64,000 nucleotides of DNA, taken from positions 20,887-84,886 of the forward strand of contig NZ_CAMIAN010000002.1 in NCBI RefSeq assembly GCF_946221155.1, in the 5' to 3' direction. Each line of letters starts with the position of its first letter. Position 1 is the stretch's first letter. Origin of the DNA: an uncultured Corynebacterium sp. Its GTDB lineage: Bacteria > Actinomycetota > Actinomycetes > Mycobacteriales > Mycobacteriaceae. The notes beneath the pieces were generated by a model. That model made no database searches and was not told where the DNA came from. It saw only the letters and a list, made by a program, of their open reading frames with translations. This document shows, in pieces, positions 58,605-64,000 of this stretch. Both the position numbers and the translations under genes were made by a program.

Positions 58605-60136
58605 GCCAGTTGAAGTTCGGCACCGCTGGTCTGCGCGCCAAGATCGGCCCCGGACCAGACGAGATGAACGTCGGCACCGCCACCCGCGCCACGGCCGGTG
58701 TGGCCGCATGGCTCAAGGAGCGGAAACGCCCCCTACGCGCCGACGGGGTTTTTCGTGCTGCTGTGGGGTATGACGCCCGCTATGCCTCCCACGCCCTAGC
58801 CCGCGCCACGGCGGAAACCTTCGCCGGTGCAGGCTTCGATGTGACCCTCATCGCGGAGCCCTCCCCCACCCCGGTGTTGGCGTGGCTGGTGCGCTCCCGG
58901 CGAATGGACGTGGGCGTGCAAATCACCGCCTCGCACAACCCGGCACAGGACAACGGCTACAAGCTGTACCTGGACGGCGGCTCTCAGCTGGTCTCCCCCG
59001 CCGACCGGCAGATCGAGGAGCACATTGCCGCACAGCCGTCCGACGCGGCGAAGATTTCGCGCTCAGAGGCGAAGTCGGTAGACCTATCCGTAGTCTCCGG
59101 ATACGTGACCGAACTGAGCACCCTGGTGGCCACCGGCCGCCAATCCGAGCTGGCGCCACGGCGAAAGCTGAAGATCCTCTACACCCCCATGCACGGCGTG
59201 GGCGGCAACGCACTGGAGTGGGCACTTCGTGAGAACGGCTTCGGCAACGTGCACGCGGTGGCCTCACAGCGCTGGCCGGACCCGACCTTCCCGACTGTGG
59301 ACTTCCCCAACCCGGAGGAGCCCGGCGCCACCGACGCGCTATTGGAAGAAGCCCGCGCCATCGACGCAGACCTGCTGATCGCCTTGGACCCGGATGCGGA
59401 CCGCTGCATGCTGGGGCTGAAGCGCGCGGATGGCGAATACCAGATGCTGCGCGGGGACGAGGCTGGCCCCTTGCTGGCGCGCCGGGTACTGGCGGGCGTG
59501 GGGGCGTCCACAAAGAAAAGGCCTGTAGTGGCGACAACCGTGGTTAGTTCGCAGCTACTGAGGCGCATGGCGCGCGCCGAGGGCTGGGATTACGTGGAGA
59601 CGCTGACGGGCTTTAAAAACCTGGCGCGCGCTGCCGACAACCGGCCGGGCGAGCTGGCATTTGCCTACGAGGAGGCGATCGGCACCGCTCCCGCGCCGCA
59701 CATTGTGGCGGATAAGGACGGCATTGCGACGGCGCTGATCGCAGCGGCGTGGGCGGCCGAAACGGACCTAGCCGCCGAGCTTGACGACATCGAAGCCAGC
59801 TATGGAGTCTTCCGAACTGCGCAGGTCAGTACCCGCTTCGACAGCGCGGAGCAAGCACACGAGCTGATCACGCGCTGGGCAGACAACCCACCGGCCGAGC
59901 TCGCGGGTGCGGCCATGCAAGCCGGACCTATTGAGGATTCCGCAGGCAACCGCACCGACGGCGTGCGACTGGTGGGCACTGCCGGGGATATGGGACTGCG
60001 CGTGGTCGCCCGTCCTTCCGGCACTGAGCCGAAGGCTAAGTTCTACCTGGAGGTCAGCGCAGAGCCAGGGGCGGATGCGCAGGCCGTGGAGGCGCTGCTG
60101 GAGCGCCTAAAGGTCGATGTTTCGGGGGCCGTATAG
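58601..60136 (+). CDS. phosphoglucomutase/phosphomannomutase family protein (PmmB-like)
   Basis: ATGA overlap with punA. Active site [14 protein letters not shown]; same position as Rv3308. The long track ORF from 57923 is a spurious 5' extension. Confidence 0.88.
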   Translation: MSQLKFGTAGLRAKIGPGPDEMNVGTATRATAGVAAWLKERKRPLRADGVFRAAVGYDARYASHALARATAETFAGAGFDVTLIAEPSPTPVLAWLVRSRRMDVGVQITASHNPAQDNGYKLYLDGGSQLVSPADRQIEEHIAAQPSDAAKISRSEAKSVDLSVVSGYVTELSTLVATGRQSELAPRRKLKILYTPMHGVGGNALEWALRENGFGNVHAVASQRWPDPTFPTVDFPNPEEPGATDALLEEARAIDADLLIALDPDADRCMLGLKRADGEYQMLRGDEAGPLLARRVLAGVGASTKKRPVVATTVVSSQLLRRMARAEGWDYVETLTGFKNLARAADNRPGELAFAYEEAIGTAPAPHIVADKDGIATALIAAAWAAETDLAAELDDIEASYGVFRTAQVSTRFDSAEQAHELITRWADNPPAELAGAAMQAGPIEDSAGNRTDGVRLVGTAGDMGLRVVARPSGTEPKAKFYLEVSAEPGADAQAVEALLERLKVDVSGAV

Positions 60137-60745
60137 GCGGTCGCCTGCATCGCCCAGGCCGGGGACGATGTACGCCTCCTTGTTCAGGCTGGGATCGATG
60201 GTGGCGGTGAACAGCCTGCGCACGCCCACGTTGGCCTCCACCAGCGCATCCACGCCCGGCTGGGCGGAGACCATGCATACGCAAGTGATGTCATTGGCGC
60301 CGCGATCCTCCAGAAGGCGGATGGCGTGTAGCAGCGAGCCGCCGGTTGCAAGCATCGGATCGACCAGGAACACCGGCTGGTCGCTGAGGTCGTCCGGCAG
60401 CGCTTCCAAGTAGGGCACGGGCTCGTGGGTGGTTTCGTCGCGGGCCATGCCGATGAATCCCACCTGCGCGTCGGGGATCATGGACAGCGCTGGGTCGATC
60501 ATGCCCAAGCCCGCGCGGATGACGGGCACGATAATCGGGGGCTTTTCCAGCCGCGTTCCCGTGGCGGTAGCGACGGGGGTTTCCAGCTCAAAGTGTTCCA
60601 CCACGAGATCCGCCGAAGCCTCGTAGATCAGCATGGCTCCCAGGTCGGACAAAGCGGCGCGGAACTGTGCGTTGTCGCTGTTCTTGTCGCGCATGATGCT
60701 GAGCCGGGAAGCGACGAGCGGATGATTAACCACCTGAATTTCCAT
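60107..60745 (-). CDS. upp: uracil phosphoribosyltransferase
   Basis: PRTase motif [13 protein letters not shown] and the Upp pattern. Confidence 0.93.
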   Translation of the reverse strand: MEIQVVNHPLVASRLSIMRDKNSDNAQFRAALSDLGAMLIYEASADLVVEHFELETPVATATGTRLEKPPIIVPVIRAGLGMIDPALSMIPDAQVGFIGMARDETTHEPVPYLEALPDDLSDQPVFLVDPMLATGGSLLHAIRLLEDRGANDITCVCMVSAQPGVDALVEANVGVRRLFTATIDPSLNKEAYIVPGLGDAGDRLYGPRNIDL

Positions 60746-60833
60746 GGTTCCCTACTCTAGTTGATCCGCAATTGAACCTTTTGGGTTGCGGCGGAGTCTA
60801 AAGATACCGAGAGTGTATTCGGGGAGGGTTTTC

Positions 60834-61145
60834 ATGCTTTTTGGGGATACGTTAGCGGCCAATTCGGAACTGGTGGGGCGGCTGCGGGGGCGCGCGCAGG
60901 GTGTGAGTACTGCGTTGCAGGGACAAGTCGCGCCGCTACACGGCGCCGTGGGTATGGTGGCGCCGCCTGCGCTCAAGGACTTCCTGCGGGCGCTGTCTAC
61001 AGCGCGGGACGCCCACGATGGGTTATTGCGAGATGCGGAAAGCTACTTTAATGACGCCACGATTGCCCTGGAGAGCGTCCAGCGAGGACTAGACGGGCAC
61101 GAGGGCGAATACTCCCATGTCTTCAGCAAGTTGAGGGAGGCCTAA
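60834..61145 (+). CDS. small (103 aa) predicted all-helical protein of unknown function, first gene of a cassette with the NlpC/P60 gene
   Basis: GGGGAGGG SD 5 nt before the ATG; its stop TAA is 1 nt before the GTG of the next gene. No signal peptide and no known motif. Confidence 0.55.
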   Translation: MLFGDTLAANSELVGRLRGRAQGVSTALQGQVAPLHGAVGMVAPPALKDFLRALSTARDAHDGLLRDAESYFNDATIALESVQRGLDGHEGEYSHVFSKLREA

Positions 61146-61146
61146 G

Positions 61147-62067
61147 GTGCTGGACATAGCGAGTCTCGTGGCCCCACTGGCCGCAGCGATTCCCTCGCCT
61201 TTCAGCCCGGGCCTCAGTGCCAGTGTCTCCGGTGTGCAAGGTCTGGAGGATCTTGGGAACCTGGCGGCCTCCGCCCTGCAGGGGCGGGCGGGTGATAACG
61301 TCCACGGTTCTCTGGACTCGGTGGCTAAGGCAGTCTCCCAGGCCTTGGGCGCAGGCGGAGCACTGGACAAGCTGGCGGGGCAGGCAGCCCACGCAGTGGA
61401 ACGGGCTATCGGAGATGTGGGCGACATCTTTGATGACTGTGTGCGGGAAGTCGGCCAGGCGGTGGCCACCAGCGGCATGGCAGGCCCGCTGGGCTGGGCC
61501 AATGGCCTCGGTGCGGCCATGCCGGTGGTGCTTCGCCACATCGGGCGGGCGGAAGATCGCATACACACCCTTGAGGAGGAGCTGCGCGGGCTGACTCTGG
61601 ATGTGCACCAGGTGAAGAAGGAGCAGATCCCCGAGCGGCTGCCCGCCAGGAATCCGGATACGGCAGAGGTCGCGGCGCCGGCGTCACAAGATAGCCACAG
61701 CACGCCGGGCGCACCGACAGACAAGGCGCACAAGGCTGTAGCCGCGGCGAAGACGGCTCTGGGCACCCCGTATCAGTGGGGCGGGACGGTGCCGGGCAAG
61801 GGGCTGGACTGCAGTGGTCTGGTGCAGTGGGCGTACCAGCAGGCTGGGGTGGATCTGCCGCGGACGGCGAGCGCACAGGCGGTGGGACCACAGATTTCCC
61901 GCGCGGAGGTACAGGCAGGTGACCTGGCGGTGTGGGATGGGCACGTGGCGATGATCGTCGACGGCGGAAACATGATCGAGGCTGGCGATCCGGTGCAAAT
62001 CAGCCCGATCCGACAAGATAATATCGGAATGCCGTTCAAGGGCTTCTACCGGCCGACGGCGGCCTAG
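61147..62067 (+). CDS. NlpC/P60-family peptidoglycan hydrolase with atypical N-terminal helical domain
   Basis: C-terminal GLDCSGLVQWAYQQAG...H papain-like triad region. The 190-aa N-terminal domain is Ala/Gly-rich and helical, without a classical Sec signal peptide. Confidence 0.8.
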   Translation: MLDIASLVAPLAAAIPSPFSPGLSASVSGVQGLEDLGNLAASALQGRAGDNVHGSLDSVAKAVSQALGAGGALDKLAGQAAHAVERAIGDVGDIFDDCVREVGQAVATSGMAGPLGWANGLGAAMPVVLRHIGRAEDRIHTLEEELRGLTLDVHQVKKEQIPERLPARNPDTAEVAAPASQDSHSTPGAPTDKAHKAVAAAKTALGTPYQWGGTVPGKGLDCSGLVQWAYQQAGVDLPRTASAQAVGPQISRAEVQAGDLAVWDGHVAMIVDGGNMIEAGDPVQISPIRQDNIGMPFKGFYRPTAA

Positions 62068-62097
62068 ATAATCACTAGATAATTAGAGGAGAACAAC

Positions 62098-62268
62098 ATG
62101 CCACTCATCAACGGACGATCCCACGGCAGCGGGTTGGCACGCATCGTGAGCACTCCCCCGCCACGCGAGTATCTTGCCGCGCAGTTCCTGGGCGAAATGC
62201 CGGAAACCGTGCCCGCAGTGCTGACGGCGGAACTGCGCAACCGGCGAGCCGACCAGACGCAGGACTAA
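62098..62268 (+). CDS. unannotated small ORF (56 aa, MPLINGRSHGSGLARIVSTPPPREYLAAQFLGEMPETVPAVLTAELRNRRADQTQD)
   Basis: Strong AGAGGAG SD 6 nt upstream of the ATG, genome-typical codon usage, and it fills an otherwise empty 240-bp gap. Absent from the ORF track because of its length. Confidence 0.4.
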   Translation: MPLINGRSHGSGLARIVSTPPPREYLAAQFLGEMPETVPAVLTAELRNRRADQTQD

Positions 62269-62308
62269 ACACCGACGTAAGCAAACCGACCTAGTAGAAT
62301 GCCTAGCC

Positions 62309-63571
62309 ATGGCAGCAGATAATGGCTTGAGGACATTCGGCAACGGCATCGTCGCCGTAGAGTTAGAGATCACCAGCGGCACCTGGTACACCCTGTGGGC
62401 CCCGAACTGGCTGGTCAACGGCGAGCGCTGGCAGGGCTTCCTGGGCGATGACGACGATCTTTTCGTCTTCGACTCCCCTGCCAAGCTCCTGGCTTTCCTC
62501 GAGGACGGCGGTCGCAACGAGCTCGCCGAGCACCCCAAGTGGGCACGGTTCAAGTCCGATTTGGTGACGAATGTGATGCCCACCCGCACCGGAAAAATCA
62601 ACCTGATTGAGGTACCCCGCAAGCTGGCTCAGCGCCCGGGCTACGAATCCACCTCCGCGGTCTCCCGCGGTTTCGACTTGCTGCGCTCCATGGGCAACGT
62701 GCTGGGGCTAAAGGGCGTGAACAACTGGTTCCACTCCTACTCCATCCTGGATAACGTGCGTCGCGGGCCGGACCACTACCAGTCTCAGAACGGCATGGAA
62801 GAATGGTCGGGCGTTGGCCGCACGGTGCTGGATCGCTGGAAGGGCATGCTCGATGACGTCGAGGCACATCTGACCGAGCCGGAGGTCGACGAGGCGAAGG
62901 TGAAGGACGCACAGAAGCGCCTTGACGAGGCCCAGGAGGCCCGCGAAAAGCGCCTGAAGGAAAAGGAGGCCGAGGCGGCGGCTGCGGCCAAGACCACCGA
63001 AGGCGAGGACGTCGATCCCTACGACAAGACCATCTGGGCCGACGCCGGCATCGATCCGATCCGCATCAGCCTGAACGGCCAGTACGTCTACACGCTTCGT
63101 TGCTACGTCGGCGACAAGCCGCGCTTCCTCGGCCGCCACGGGGAGATCAACACCTTCCCGAACTCTCGTGCCCTCGTGCGCTGGATTATTGACGCCCACG
63201 ATCACGACCTCGAAGAGCTGGATACTTGGGGCGACCTAGTCAGCGCCGCCAACGCCGGCGAGCTGGAGGTCACGGTGCACGACTCGAACCAGTACTCCTT
63301 CGCTGGCCTGCACGACGACATTTCGGAATCCCTCGATGCCGTGGATGCCGATCAGCTGGGTCGCGCCTACGAGCTGCTAGCGGATGCCGCGGACTGGGCG
63401 GGCGACGACGGCGTGAATAAGATTCTGCTGAGCTACCCGAAGCTGCAGAACTACCTGGCTTACATGCTGGGTTCCCCGTCGGACGCACAGCCGTCTGCCC
63501 CCTTCGACGAGGAGGCAAAGGGCTGGAAGGCCCTGGAGGATGGCCTGATTAAGCGCTTCACACGCTTCTAG
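62309..63571 (+). CDS. conserved hypothetical protein (Rv3311-like, about 420 aa)
   Basis: 420 aa with gene-like codon usage and a central acidic coiled segment; same position as Rv3311 after upp. Confidence 0.7.
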   Translation: MAADNGLRTFGNGIVAVELEITSGTWYTLWAPNWLVNGERWQGFLGDDDDLFVFDSPAKLLAFLEDGGRNELAEHPKWARFKSDLVTNVMPTRTGKINLIEVPRKLAQRPGYESTSAVSRGFDLLRSMGNVLGLKGVNNWFHSYSILDNVRRGPDHYQSQNGMEEWSGVGRTVLDRWKGMLDDVEAHLTEPEVDEAKVKDAQKRLDEAQEAREKRLKEKEAEAAAAAKTTEGEDVDPYDKTIWADAGIDPIRISLNGQYVYTLRCYVGDKPRFLGRHGEINTFPNSRALVRWIIDAHDHDLEELDTWGDLVSAANAGELEVTVHDSNQYSFAGLHDDISESLDAVDADQLGRAYELLADAADWAGDDGVNKILLSYPKLQNYLAYMLGSPSDAQPSAPFDEEAKGWKALEDGLIKRFTRF

Positions 63572-63945
63572 AAAATGGATGGCTGGCCAGGCTGGCCCCA
63601 CTGCCCATGCTGGCTGGGCTGGCCCCAGGTCACTTTCGCCTGGTGGTTGCTTTTGATCAGCGCAAATAGTCCCAGAGCGACGATCGCCAGCGAAATGGCA
63701 ATTGCAAAATAAACGCCTATTTCTATATTCCCTTGGAAGACCTTCTCGAAGTCTAGGCCTTCTTCCCGCAACCGGGGGCCTTCTTCCTTCTCCATGGTCC
63801 TCAACGTTCGCTGGATCTTCATTATCGACCAGACCGCCCAACCTAGATACACAAGACCCGCGGCCGCGAACATAGATGAGGCCACACGTGGCTTCACCCT
63901 CTGCCAGATCATGACGGCCCCCACAACCAGAAGTGCCAAGGCCAC
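63568..63945 (-). CDS. small membrane protein with C-terminal GQ(W/P) repeats (may start further upstream, beyond the GTG at 63945)
   Basis: Two TM helices and a QWGQPGQP tail. The frame stays open upstream to the window end. Confidence 0.45.
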   Translation of the reverse strand: MALALLVVGAVMIWQRVKPRVASSMFAAAGLVYLGWAVWSIMKIQRTLRTMEKEEGPRLREEGLDFEKVFQGNIEIGVYFAIAISLAIVALGLFALIKSNHQAKVTWGQPSQHGQWGQPGQPSIF

Positions 63946-64000
63946 GACATTGGCCGGTACACCTACTCCGGCACTGCTGAACTTCGAATCGACGACGTCT

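Overview
High-GC actinobacterial chromosome, most likely a Corynebacterium (codon usage; Cg-like whiB1-rshA-sigH arrangement). The window is a dense, largely core region whose gene order closely follows M. tuberculosis Rv3201c to Rv3311. In order it carries: a UvrD-like helicase 5' fragment, DUF3152/DUF3107, rhlE, whiB1 with a long regulatory leader, rshA-sigH, aroA-rsgA, the secA1-hpf-comF-lpqB-mtrB-mtrA-tmk-ahcY block, manA-manB-DUF3499, whiB2, rmlD-wbbL-manC, an LCP ligase, purE/purK, birA, accD/accE, maf, prpC-prpD, sseA, accBC, glpK, punA-pmm-upp, and an Rv3311-like gene. No tRNA, rRNA, CRISPR array, integrase or transposase was found.

Interruptions of that synteny and unexplained signals, in window order:
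- A perfect TGTGA-N6-TCACA CRP/GlxR box and a 17-bp perfect palindrome in the whiB1 leader.
- A 24-codon bL37-like ORF with strong SD and terminator, downstream of whiB1 (not in the ORF track).
- A low-GC single-gene islet (bacterial PH-domain protein) between the bL37-like ORF and rshA.
- An about 8-kb co-directional accessory block (33.5 to 41.5 kb): HisKA_3 kinase / LuxR regulator, a DUF222-HNH endonuclease, two tandem ABC-2 ATPase+permease pairs, an SDR and a low-GC orphan gene.
- A short, divergent AccD carboxyltransferase next to birA, plus accE.
- prpC-prpD without prpB, next to a highly expressed-looking ATP-grasp gene.
- A two-gene cassette of a small helical protein plus an NlpC/P60 hydrolase that lacks a classical signal peptide.
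- A second unannotated small ORF (56 aa, strong SD) upstream of the Rv3311-like gene.

The many long high-GC antisense ORFs in the track were judged non-coding.
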